A DNA stretch of 17,043 bases from a virus (taxonomy: Duplodnaviria > Heunggongvirae > Uroviricota > Caudoviricetes). Positions 6,452 through 15,927 of this stretch are shown in pieces (position 1 is the first letter of the stretch; the number at the start of each line of letters is the position of its first letter). The stretch is from IMG/VR virus record IMGVR_UViG_2802429225_000003, positions 1 through 17,043 of that record; one strand, 5' to 3'. The position numbers and the translations under genes are program-made. The notes under the pieces are model-generated. The model worked only from the letters and a program-made list of their open reading frames with translations. It made no database searches and was not told the DNA's origin.

Positions 6452-9400
6452 ATGGCAGATGAGAAGAACGTCGGCAGTATCGTTTATGAAATAAGCGCAG
6501 ATGTCAAACCGCTGCTACAGGGCGGGAAGCAGGCCATTGATGCACTGGACAAACTGGATACTGCAGCCCAGCAGTCTGGAAGAGGGATGAGTAACCTGGA
6601 CCAGAGCGCGTCGCAAACCGGCACCACGTTTACTGAACTGGCCAGTTATGCTAACTCAATGGACAATCAGCTTCGTAAGCTGAACACCAGCGTGAGCGGT
6701 ATTGCGCGCGCGATGATGGAGGCTCGTACTGGTGTCAGCAGTACCACGAGTGAGTTAAATCGTGGCAATGCAGTAATTGAAGCACTCGGTAACCAGGTCG
6801 CAATACTTGAGGAAGCCCAGGAGAACGGAGCCAGAAGCGCAGCAGTTTTCGCCTCGCAGTTAAGAGCTGGTGCCAATGCTACGGAGGAAGAAAAGCGCAC
6901 TATCGCCGAATTGGCAGGCGTGTTTTATGATCTTAGCGCCGCCTCCGCTAAGGCTGCTAAATCAGCCGCATCGATGGCGGCCGCAACCCAACGTACAGAA
7001 TCATCAATATCCGGACTAGAGAAGGAAGTCTCTATTCTGAATACTGAGATGCAAACTGGTTCCAGAAGTGCTGCCATACTTGCTGCTCAGTTTAGTGCTG
7101 GTGAAGGTGCGTCTGACGCGCAAAAAGCCAAAATTGCACAGCTTGCAGGTGCTCTTTTTGATATGCGGGAGGCGCAAAAATCTGCATCTGCGGCATCAGC
7201 GGAGGCAGCTAAGCAACTTGCGCAGCAGGCAAATGAAGCGAACCGTATCAGCGGAATCACATCTGACCTTTCTAATCAAATAGCTATCCTGAGCGAACAG
7301 CAAACCAACGGAGCCCGCAGCGCAGCAATTCTGGCTGCTCAGTTACGAGCCGGAGCAAGTGCAACTGATGCCGATAAGCAGAAAATAGCCCAATTAACCG
7401 GGCAACTGTACGACATGAAGAACAGTGTCGATACAGGCACAAAAAGCCACGTCAACTGGAAAACCAGCGTACAGCAGGCCGGTTACCAGGTTCAGGACTT
7501 CATTGTTCAGGTGCAGGGTGGTCAGTCTGCTCTTGTTGCGCTCTCGCAGCAAGGATCTCAGCTTGCCGGGATTTTCGGCCCTGGCGGTGCGGTGGTTGGG
7601 GCTATAATTGCGCTTGGTTCTGTCCTCGCGGGCGTGTTGATTACGTCGCTGAATGGCGGCAAGAATGCCATGGTTGCGCTGAAAGAGGCTGCCGAGGCAA
7701 TGGACAAGGTGATCATCGTATCATCACAAGGTGTAGCCGCTCTTTCGGATAAATATGCGGCCCTTGCGCGTGTAAACGCTGACGTTGCAACGCTGCTCCG
7801 TAATCAGGCGCTGCTTGAGTATAACCAGGCCATTTCCAAGATACCGAAGGCCATAAGCGAAGCATCTGATGCTTTTATTACGTTCGGCGACCGTGCGATT
7901 GCCGCCGTTGGCGGGGCGTCGCCGAGCATCAAAAAATTCAACGCCGAGTTGTCCGCTCTCGGGGTCACTTCGAAGGAATGGGGAGAGGCAATTCAGCAGG
8001 CCAATAGTCAGGGGCAGTACGCATCTGGCATCGTAAACTCGCTGTCATCAACGGTGAATACACTTTCATCCCGACTTGGAATAAGCAAACAAGCTGCGTT
8101 TGATTTGGCAAGAGAATTGTCAAATCTGAGTAATAACCCATCACCGGAAGCACTTCAGGAGCTGGCGAAAAAACTCCAGGACATGAAGTCGTCATCCACT
8201 GACGGGCAGTCGGCCATCGCAGGACTGGCGGGTAAGCTTGTTGATCTGGCGAGAGAGGCAGCCAACGCGAAGATCAATGTAGACAGCCTGAATCAGTCCA
8301 CCGATAACCTGACCGCCGGACAGAAAAACCTTATCAAGCAGTCCGGACGTAACCTTGCCCTGTCAAAACTACAGGGTGAGGCTCGGGCCCGCCTGCAGGC
8401 ACAGTATGCCGCTGAAGATGCGGGATTTTCGAAGGACGATCCGCACGCCAAACAGATGGAGAACGACGCCGCAGCTACGTACAAAAATACGCAGGCGCAG
8501 AAAGATTTCCAGTCAACACATAAGAAAAGCATTTCACTGGCTGATTCTGTTGCTCAGAAGTTAGCGAATCTCAAGCAGCAATCGGAGCTCGCAGCCGACT
8601 CAACAAATGAGCTGAGCCGTGAGCAGGCCATGCTGACTGCGCAGCAGTCTCTTGGTAAAGGTGCAACCAAAGAGCAGATCGTATTAGCTGGTCAGTATGC
8701 AGCAAAAAAATGGGATACAGCCAACGCCATAAAAGCTGAAGCAGCGGCCCGAAAGCTCCTCCCTGAAGCAGCAGAGAACGCCAGTTACAAACAGGATGTT
8801 GAAGATCTGAATACCGCCCTGGCTGCGAAGAAAATAAGCCAGGAGCAGTACAATCAAACCTCGGAAAGACTGGCAGCAACACACCAGGCTAACCTCGCAA
8901 AAATTCAGTCGCAGCAGGTGGTAACGCCTCAACAGGAACTTGCGGCGCAGGTTGATCCCGTTCAGCAACTGGCGAATGAGAACGCAAAGAAACTGATACT
9001 CATTGATGAGTACAACAAGGCTGCGCTTGCAATCGTAAATGCAAGGCTGGCTAATGAGTCGCTAAGTCAGAGTGAAGCTGCTGCACAGTCAGCCGCTATT
9101 AACGCAAATACTCTTGCGTTAAAAAATACTCAGGAAACACAGTATGAGGAACAGAGGCTGGCAGCTCTGGAGCAGCAGTACCGTGCGCAATCAGTGTTGA
9201 ATGACTTTACGATGGATATGATCGACGCAGTCGGGCAACGAACCACCAACGCAATCACCGGCATTATTACCGGAACGCAGTCAGCAACAGATGCGCTACG
9301 AAATATGGCTTCAACAATTCTTGATCAGGCCGTTGGTGCTTTAGTTCAGATGGGTGTCCAGGCACTTAAAAACATGCTGATAGGGCAGTCAGCCAGTGCT

Positions 9401-9910
9401 GCTTCTGTTGCGCAGGCTGCAATAACAGGGCCTGCCATTGCCGCAGCATACAGCCCGGCAGCGGCGATGGTTTCGCTCGCATCATTTGGTGCAAATGCCG
9501 CAGCAGCTCAGACGGGGATCGCTTCAACAATGGGACTTACAAAAATGCTGTCCGTCGCTGGCGCTCGCTACAACGGTGGCCCGGTTTCCGCTAACTCAAT
9601 GTATCGCGTAGGTGAAAACGGCAAGCCAGAAATATTCCAGGCCAGCAACGGCAGTCAGTACATGATCCCCGGCGATAACGGACGAGTTGTCAGCAACAGA
9701 GATATGCAGGGCGGAAATAGTTCATCTCCTGTAAATATTGTCATTAACAATACGGCAGCGGGAACCGTTGTAGAAAATCAGGGTTTTAATCCGGACACGA
9801 AAACTATCACCCTCGCAGTGAACGAAGTCGCAAGGCAATTACGCTCGCATACGGGGGTAGTTGCTCGTGCATTGTCTGATAGCTGGAACACCACAGGAAA
9901 GGCACAATAA
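6452..9910 (+). CDS. Tail tape measure protein
   Basis: Longest ORF (about 1152 aa from the ATG at 6452, which has GGAGA 5 nt upstream; the upstream ATG at 6386 has none). Ala/Gln-rich helical composition, internal tandem repeats, a central hydrophobic Gly-rich segment (AGIFGPGGAVVGAIIALGSVLAGVLITSL) and placement before the tail-tip genes. Confidence 0.85.
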   Translation: MADEKNVGSIVYEISADVKPLLQGGKQAIDALDKLDTAAQQSGRGMSNLDQSASQTGTTFTELASYANSMDNQLRKLNTSVSGIARAMMEARTGVSSTTSELNRGNAVIEALGNQVAILEEAQENGARSAAVFASQLRAGANATEEEKRTIAELAGVFYDLSAASAKAAKSAASMAAATQRTESSISGLEKEVSILNTEMQTGSRSAAILAAQFSAGEGASDAQKAKIAQLAGALFDMREAQKSASAASAEAAKQLAQQANEANRISGITSDLSNQIAILSEQQTNGARSAAILAAQLRAGASATDADKQKIAQLTGQLYDMKNSVDTGTKSHVNWKTSVQQAGYQVQDFIVQVQGGQSALVALSQQGSQLAGIFGPGGAVVGAIIALGSVLAGVLITSLNGGKNAMVALKEAAEAMDKVIIVSSQGVAALSDKYAALARVNADVATLLRNQALLEYNQAISKIPKAISEASDAFITFGDRAIAAVGGASPSIKKFNAELSALGVTSKEWGEAIQQANSQGQYASGIVNSLSSTVNTLSSRLGISKQAAFDLARELSNLSNNPSPEALQELAKKLQDMKSSSTDGQSAIAGLAGKLVDLAREAANAKINVDSLNQSTDNLTAGQKNLIKQSGRNLALSKLQGEARARLQAQYAAEDAGFSKDDPHAKQMENDAAATYKNTQAQKDFQSTHKKSISLADSVAQKLANLKQQSELAADSTNELSREQAMLTAQQSLGKGATKEQIVLAGQYAAKKWDTANAIKAEAAARKLLPEAAENASYKQDVEDLNTALAAKKISQEQYNQTSERLAATHQANLAKIQSQQVVTPQQELAAQVDPVQQLANENAKKLILIDEYNKAALAIVNARLANESLSQSEAAAQSAAINANTLALKNTQETQYEEQRLAALEQQYRAQSVLNDFTMDMIDAVGQRTTNAITGIITGTQSATDALRNMASTILDQAVGALVQMGVQALKNMLIGQSASAASVAQAAITGPAIAAAYSPAAAMVSLASFGANAAAAQTGIASTMGLTKMLSVAGARYNGGPVSANSMYRVGENGKPEIFQASNGSQYMIPGDNGRVVSNRDMQGGNSSSPVNIVINNTAAGTVVENQGFNPDTKTITLAVNEVARQLRSHTGVVARALSDSWNTTGKAQ
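6750..7440 (+). repeat. Three in-frame tandem repeats of about 77-84 codons inside the tape measure gene
   Basis: Recurring peptide units NGARSAAVFASQLRAGANATEEEKRTIAELAGVFYDL / TGSRSAAILAAQFSAGEGASDAQKAKIAQLAGALFDM / NGARSAAILAAQLRAGASATDADKQKIAQLTGQLYDM, with cores starting near 6824, 7055 and 7307. Confidence 0.6.
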
Positions 9911-10383
9911 TGGCAACGGAAATTAAATGGCCGTTAGGTCTTCACACAATTCAAAAATCCAGTAAAGCGCGCAATCAGTCGGCAGCTTTTCAGTTATCCG
10001 ATCCACGCAGTGGTCCGCCATATCGCAAGCGGCTAAGTGATGACGTGCCGGTTATCTGGGACGTCACATTTATCTTCGCTGGAGACAATGCAACCATATT
10101 CTGGTCGTGGTTTGAAAACGCCATTGACCGTGGGCGCAAAAACTTCATTCTACCCATTGCAACAGAGTTTGGGATTGTTGATCACGAAGTAATGTTTCTG
10201 CCTGGCTCACTGCTACCAGCCAGCGAAGCTGGTACGGTTTTCACGTATACGGCGCAAATCCTTGCCCGCAAACTTGTTATCCCGGCGGAGTTCCCTGACG
10301 ACATCTGGATTGATCCGGATATCTGGAAGTATCGCAGCATTCTCGATCCGGCTGTTAACTGGTACTGGCCAAATAATCCATAG
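9910..10383 (+). CDS. Minor tail protein (tail tip assembly)
   Basis: 157-aa ORF whose ATG overlaps the tape measure stop (ATAATG); first gene after the tape measure, as for lambda gpM or the distal-tail protein of other long-tailed phages. Confidence 0.5.
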   Translation: MATEIKWPLGLHTIQKSSKARNQSAAFQLSDPRSGPPYRKRLSDDVPVIWDVTFIFAGDNATIFWSWFENAIDRGRKNFILPIATEFGIVDHEVMFLPGSLLPASEAGTVFTYTAQILARKLVIPAEFPDDIWIDPDIWKYRSILDPAVNWYWPNNP

Positions 10384-10388
10384 GAAGC

Positions 10389-10889
10389 ATGATGCCTGTC
10401 ACTGATGAGCAGCGGGCGTACTGGAGCCAGAAAAATCCAGCAGCAGAATTTGATACTGTAACATTTACGCACCCGGCCTTTAAGGATCCGATACGACTGG
10501 TCGCCAATGTCTTCAGCGACATGACATTCAACGGTAATACCTACCGCGCCTGCTCAATGGAAATTGACAAGCCCGAACAAGGGAAAGACCCGGTTAGTAG
10601 CGTCAGCGTGAAGTTTAGCCGTCCGCTGGTGGGCGATGAATTTAAGGCAATCATACGGGCGATGGACCCGTTCGACTGGCTGGCGGCACCTATCACTCTA
10701 TGTTTGCAGCAATTCACAGAGGATGACCCGAATAACCCCATTCAAAATTGGTCGCTTTACGTGACCGAAGACGGTATCCGTATTAGCCGAGACACATTGC
10801 AGGTGCAGGCATCCGACGATAACCCGATGATCCTCAATATGAGCCAAGTCTACGATCTCGATCGCTACCCCAGCCTTACATACATATAG
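10389..10889 (+). CDS. Minor tail protein (tail tip assembly)
   Basis: 166-aa ORF, second gene after the tape measure, with a short intergenic gap and an AGGAAG Shine-Dalgarno. Confidence 0.5.
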   Translation: MMPVTDEQRAYWSQKNPAAEFDTVTFTHPAFKDPIRLVANVFSDMTFNGNTYRACSMEIDKPEQGKDPVSSVSVKFSRPLVGDEFKAIIRAMDPFDWLAAPITLCLQQFTEDDPNNPIQNWSLYVTEDGIRISRDTLQVQASDDNPMILNMSQVYDLDRYPSLTYI

Positions 10890-10897
10890 GTTCCTTA

Positions 10898-11326
10898 ATG
10901 ACAAAAGATGAATTTATCCGGCGCGCCGTTGGCCTGCCGTGGGTTGATCGCGCCTGTAGCTGGCGAGCGATGGACTGTTGGGGCGTGGTGGTTATGTATT
11001 TTCGCTATGTCTACGGCGAGGAATTGCCCTGTGTTGAGGGGTATTCCAGCGGCGAAATCAAAATCACCGACGGATTTCAACGCCAAATCCAGAGTGGTAA
11101 ATGGCGGCGCGTTGAATCCCCCGAGGGTGACTGTATTGCATTTATGTTGTTTAAGCAGGGCGTGGCCTCTCACGTTGGCGTGGTTGTGGATGGGCAATAT
11201 GTTTTACACGCCGCAGGTGATGCGCAACATGAGGGGCAGGTGCGCTGCGACCGACTTGATACATTCAGACGGTTTCATCGAGGGGAAATGATTTTTTATG
11301 CCTGGGAGGGGGGCCGATGCTTGTAA
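10898..11326 (+). CDS. NlpC/P60-family tail-associated peptidase (gpK-like)
   Basis: 142-aa protein with a Cys-containing motif (AMDCWGVVV) and a downstream His-rich segment (SHVGVVVDGQYVLHAAG) consistent with the NlpC/P60 Cys-His catalytic core; position matches the lambda K / gene transfer agent g14 slot. Confidence 0.6.
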   Translation: MTKDEFIRRAVGLPWVDRACSWRAMDCWGVVVMYFRYVYGEELPCVEGYSSGEIKITDGFQRQIQSGKWRRVESPEGDCIAFMLFKQGVASHVGVVVDGQYVLHAAGDAQHEGQVRCDRLDTFRRFHRGEMIFYAWEGGRCL

Positions 11327-13832
11327 TTTATCGCGATCCACGCGGTTTGCTGGTAAGGATGTTTATGAGTTCGATTATTCACTTTCCCTGCAAGATAATA
11401 TCGCAAAGCACTTTCCCGGCGGGCTTGATGCCAGCACGACGCTGATTACATGGAACGGTTGCAAAATTAACCCACTTGAAGTTGACTTGTCGCGCCTCGC
11501 GACGCCGCTGGATCACCTGGAAATCATCATCCGACAGCAGGGGATTGGCACCATGCTGATTGTGGCCATCGTGGCGGCAGTTGCTACGGTTGTGCTGATG
11601 CCTAAGCCCACAATCCCCAACTCCAGTGGTTCGCAGAAAGATTCACCTAATAACGATCTCACAGGACAAACCAACGTCGCACGGGTATATCAGGCAGTTC
11701 CGGATATTTACGGTAAGATCCGCGCCTTTCCCGACCTTGTGGCTCCCTCCTTATCTGAATATATAAACAACGTTAAAAACGTAACCGAGGTGTTGTGCGT
11801 TGGGATTGGCGATTATGAATTTGAAAACGTCAAATATGCAGACACATTACTGAGCACCATTGGTGGCGCGTCGTATGAAATATTTAACCCCGGCGACACC
11901 ATTCCAATACTGTATGACGCAGCTGAATCACCGGACGTTGACGGCCAGGAAATTACACCGCCAAACCTGGGCGACACGGTTCTGTATAGCGCGACGACAA
12001 ACAATATTGTTGCTGTTGAGTATGCGAAGGGCAGTAAGGCAATGTCTTTCACGGTACCTAAAAGCGCTGATTTTCAATATTTTGTCGATAAATCAAAGCC
12101 GATTAATGTGAGACTGACGGTAAATCTTGAATATTCAGTTGTCAGCGGCAACGGTAAGACAACAACGAAGAAAGGGGAGTTTCAGGTCAGTGGACAGATC
12201 GTCAGTATTGGTCAGTCAGATAATGGAGATATTATCGCTCCAGAGAACTATTACGATATTGGCATAGATAACGCAACGGTAAGTAACGACTTCCCGGCTG
12301 ATGGCGTCATTACAGGTGATTACCTGAAAATTGAGGATATGGAGGCGTTATTTGTCGGGCCGTTCATCATGGCTTCTGATTCTGATGAAATCTGGTACAA
12401 CGTCATTTTTCAGCGCGGACTGGACGGAACCGCAAATTTAAACGCTGAGTGGTGGCGGGTAGACAAAGACAATAATGTGATTGAGGGGACAGAGGAATCA
12501 GATTCTTTTTCCTATAGCAATGATACGTATGAAGGGCAGTATTTCACTCGCAAGATTATCCCGAAAGCCGGGCGTGGGCGCTACGCATTCCGTATTTCTC
12601 GCACTAATAACGGCAGCGATCAGCTTACTGACCAGGCCAAACTGGAAGAAGTTTATTCAGTTCAGGTTCGACGAAATGTTCGGGTGCAGGACACATTAAT
12701 TCGCTGCGTTACTCCAGCAACGGAACAGGCAACCGGCATTAAAGACCGAAAATTTAATGCTGAGGTGACACGGAAAACGATTACATGGAACGGATCTGGG
12801 GTGGTAGGTGCGTTGACCCCAAGCCGTGATTTTGCTGATGCAGTACTTCATTCGTTTGTCAGGATTGCAGGTCGCGCTGCCAGTGAGCTGGATCTTGATG
12901 CGTTGTACAGTATCAGTCGATCCCTTAAAAACAAGAATGAGCGCATGGGATGGTTCGATTTCTCATTCGATGACAAAGACATCTCACTCGGTCAGCGATT
13001 GCAAACCATATGTAATGCAGCGCGTGTTACGGTATTTCGTGACGGGCTGAAGTGGCGTTTTGTGCGTGACGAGAAGAAAAGCATTATCTCTGCGCAATTT
13101 GATGCCCGTAATCTGGCGAACGTCGATGATGGCGGTACGCTTCAGTATAAGGGACACCTGCCGACAAGTTACGATGGGATTGAACTGGAATGGGTGGACG
13201 CCACGGATACAAATGATGATGGCACAGATAAAAAGGCGTACATCCGATTACGCATTGACGCGTCTCGCAAACGTATTGTGGAAGGCACTTCAAATCGCCC
13301 CTATAAAATCCAGCTTGCCGGGTGCCGCAACAAAGACCAGGCGATGAATCGTGCGCAGCTTGAAGCGAGGCGACTTATCTATCAGCGACTGAGTGTGGAG
13401 GATACGGCACTTAACGATGCGTGGATGCTGTCGCTTGGTGATCGGGTGCGCTGGGCTGACGTTTACGATGAGGCGATTGCCAGCGGTGAAATATTGTCAA
13501 TTGACGGTAATGTGTTCACCACTTCTGAAACTCTCATTTTTGAAAGTGGGGAAACATACAAAGTCAGTATCACAGATCAGTACGGATACCCTTCAGCATG
13601 GATAAGCGCATTGCCAGTAAATGGTAATAAAAGCGCCTTCAGTACTGATTTCAGCAAGGCTTATACCGCCGACGGCATTACTTCCATGCTTGGCAGTCGT
13701 TTCATTATGACGCCTTCAGTTGCCAGTGAACCTATGGATTTCACGCTTACTGAGAAAGGGCCTGGAAGTGACCCTTCACAAACCAGGATCTCGCTCACTC
13801 AATATGATGAACGAGTGTACGAATACGATTAA
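11298..13832 (+). CDS. Tail tip / host-specificity protein (J-like), possibly with an I-like N-terminal region
   Basis: 844-aa ORF overlapping the upstream gene by 29 nt; hydrophobic helix (GIGTMLIVAIVAAVATVVLMP, about nt 11541-11603) followed by a YGKIR motif reminiscent of the C-terminus of tail assembly protein I family members; large protein in the slot before the tailspike. Confidence 0.55.
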   Translation: MPGRGADACNLSRSTRFAGKDVYEFDYSLSLQDNIAKHFPGGLDASTTLITWNGCKINPLEVDLSRLATPLDHLEIIIRQQGIGTMLIVAIVAAVATVVLMPKPTIPNSSGSQKDSPNNDLTGQTNVARVYQAVPDIYGKIRAFPDLVAPSLSEYINNVKNVTEVLCVGIGDYEFENVKYADTLLSTIGGASYEIFNPGDTIPILYDAAESPDVDGQEITPPNLGDTVLYSATTNNIVAVEYAKGSKAMSFTVPKSADFQYFVDKSKPINVRLTVNLEYSVVSGNGKTTTKKGEFQVSGQIVSIGQSDNGDIIAPENYYDIGIDNATVSNDFPADGVITGDYLKIEDMEALFVGPFIMASDSDEIWYNVIFQRGLDGTANLNAEWWRVDKDNNVIEGTEESDSFSYSNDTYEGQYFTRKIIPKAGRGRYAFRISRTNNGSDQLTDQAKLEEVYSVQVRRNVRVQDTLIRCVTPATEQATGIKDRKFNAEVTRKTITWNGSGVVGALTPSRDFADAVLHSFVRIAGRAASELDLDALYSISRSLKNKNERMGWFDFSFDDKDISLGQRLQTICNAARVTVFRDGLKWRFVRDEKKSIISAQFDARNLANVDDGGTLQYKGHLPTSYDGIELEWVDATDTNDDGTDKKAYIRLRIDASRKRIVEGTSNRPYKIQLAGCRNKDQAMNRAQLEARRLIYQRLSVEDTALNDAWMLSLGDRVRWADVYDEAIASGEILSIDGNVFTTSETLIFESGETYKVSITDQYGYPSAWISALPVNGNKSAFSTDFSKAYTADGITSMLGSRFIMTPSVASEPMDFTLTEKGPGSDPSQTRISLTQYDERVYEYD

Positions 13833-13855
13833 CAGATAACTCCTGTTCACCAATG

Positions 13856-13878
13856 CTCGCCGCTGTGCGGGTTTTTTT
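13856..13878 (+). terminator. Putative intrinsic terminator after the tail-tip gene
   Basis: CUCGC / GCGGG stem (5 bp) with a 6-nt loop, followed by a T7 tract. Confidence 0.4.
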
Positions 13879-13889
13879 ATGGAAAAATT

Positions 13890-15864
13890 ATGGCCACACG
13901 TTACAACACCAATAATCCTGTGCCGTCCCATGCGGTTAAAGATTACAGCAACAACGCCCAAATCATTGATGAACTTGTTCATAAACAGGAATCAACAACA
14001 AAAGACCGGTTCGGAAAAGATCTGAAAACCTGGTACGGAATTAATAAAGAGGCGACCGACGCAACGAACGAGTTCATCGAAAACGGTCAGAATGCAATAA
14101 ATACGTTTAACCAGAATGGCAAGGATGCTATCGATAAATTTAGCAACGATAGCAATGCTGCGATTAATGATTTCGAGAGTGATGCGAATCAGGCGATAAT
14201 TAATTACGGTTATATTCTGGTTGACTCATTTCAGATCGGTGCTGAGATCACGCTCCGGAATCAGGCTCTTCACTGGCCTGCGCCAGAGGGTGACGGAGAA
14301 TATTATCGCTGGGACGGTGAATTGCCGAAGACGGTTCCAGCCGGAGCTACGCCGGAAACGTCAGGTGGGGTTGGGCCGGGAGCGTGGATTGACGTTGGTG
14401 ATGCTTCGCTGCGTAGCGATCTGGCGTCTGGAGGTAAGGCTGCATTGGTTGGCTATGGCAGCGCGACTGTAGAGGGTGCTCTTGACGATCTTTATGCCGC
14501 TAACGCTGCTCAGGGGGGGAAACTGGTTTTGATACTGTTGGCCACTTTCTTAATCTGACTGAATTACGTGCGCAGGCGCCTGCTTCAGCCGGAATGATTG
14601 TATATGTTGTTTCAGCAGCCAGCTTGTCACATGCAGAAACTCATCTTGGCGGCGGTTTTTTTGAGTCAGTCGATAATGTCCAGGCATGGCCTGATGATGG
14701 TGGTATTGTAATTAAACCAGACACAGGGTCGATTGTGTGGCGACGCATTAACTTCACCTCATACGATATGCAATTCTGGGGTGTCAAGCCGGACGGGGCT
14801 ACAGATAATGCGGAGGCAATTACGAAGGCCACACAGTATGCAAAGATGAATAAAGTTATCCTGGATGCACCCGCAGGGAATATTAACACAAGCGAAATGG
14901 TCCCTATTTATAATAATATGGGGATTCGAGGCCACGGAAAGGCTGAAGCTACGGTTTTCTATAAAACAACTAACAATATTTTTAATTATAAAAAAATGGA
15001 ACCACAGTTTTATCTGTGGACGCATTGGTAGGTTTTGTTCCAAATAATTGGGATCTTGCTGACTCTTCAATGGATTCATTTTGCTCTAACGGCAGAATTG
15101 AGAGCTGTATGTTTCGTAGACAGGGACTTGACCAATCAAACGTTGACACCTACAGAAATTATTATGGGTTGTTTTTTGGGAAGGCTGCTGCACCTGTAGT
15201 TCGGCAATGTTCATTTGAATGCGCATATATTGGATGTTATTCATACTGTCCATTCTCAGGAGTCATGGAAATGGTTGCATTCCCTCAATATGCAGGGAAG
15301 GGGTATGGTGGGATCGTTTTTGAGGATTTTCGTGGCGGTCAGATAAGGGTAATTGGTACATCAATGGACATGCGTCTTGTTCAAATAAGCGGTTATCAGT
15401 TTGGTTTTATTTTGTCAGGAATGCAATATACAACAATGACAAACTGTACTGCAGAAAATTGCACTCCAATGGCTGGAGAAACGACTTGCTTTGCATTTAG
15501 CTTCATGAACCCTTATTGTATTGTCATGAATACGTGCGCAACAGAAGAAGTAAAGGGCGGGCAGTTAAGAGTAATAGTTCAAGGAGATCCGTCTTTCAGA
15601 CCATCTTTAATTATAAATGGATTTTTGCCTATAGGTCAGAAAAACCCAATTTCAACAACCCCAATCATTTATGTAGACAATGCGGGCCTTGCAGAAACCA
15701 GCGTGATAATTAACGGAGGTGATTGGGCTATAAGTCCATCAGCAACCAACCTTGTCGCACCATCGGCTAGTGGTGGTGGCACGAAGGTCAGAATGATAGG
15801 AGTCAATGGCTCACCTAAATCAATTTGGACCATCTCCGCTAACGCCGATGTGCAGGAGTTTTGA
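13890..15864 (+). pseudogene. Tailspike / depolymerase-like receptor-binding protein, interrupted by two frameshifts at homopolymer tracts (or intact if the tracts are under-called)
   Basis: Three consecutive ORFs in three frames (13890..14558, 14594..15031, 15016..15864). Adding one G to the G7 run at 14513-14519 and one A to the A7 run at 14990-14996 gives one continuous protein of about 658 aa. It has an Asn-rich repeat N-terminus, an LRSDLASGGKAALVGYG segment, a beta-helix-like start (FWGVKPDGATDNAEAITKATQYA) and a Cys-rich C-terminal part. Confidence 0.6.
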
Positions 15865-15927
15865 TTCCCTGTCATTGACATAGCATCTATATGAAACTAC
15901 CCTGCCAGAAACTACACATATTTTGGC

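Noticed and set aside
6750-7440. Possible CRISPR array suggested by the periodic repeats
   Set aside because: The repeats are about 230-250 nt, in frame, diverged and protein-coding inside the tape measure gene; no short direct repeats with unique spacers occur anywhere in the window.
6667-8968. Multiple minus-strand ORFs of 60-103 aa nested inside the tape measure gene (for example 6667..6900, 7965..8195, 8293..8532, 8571..8882, 8684..8968)
   Set aside because: All lie fully inside the long, well-supported + strand tape measure frame, lack ribosome-binding sites and are the kind of antisense shadow ORF expected in a long GC-balanced gene.
11330-11470. Alternative-frame short ORF starting at the ATG near 11328 (MLVIYRDPRGLLVRMF...)
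   Set aside because: Only about 45 codons, fully overlapped by the start of the 844-aa gene and with no independent support.
15861-15903. Sigma-70 promoter for the acyltransferase based on a perfect TTGACA at 15875-15880
   Set aside because: No acceptable -10 hexamer lies 16-18 nt downstream (TACCCT at best), so it cannot be called from sequence alone.
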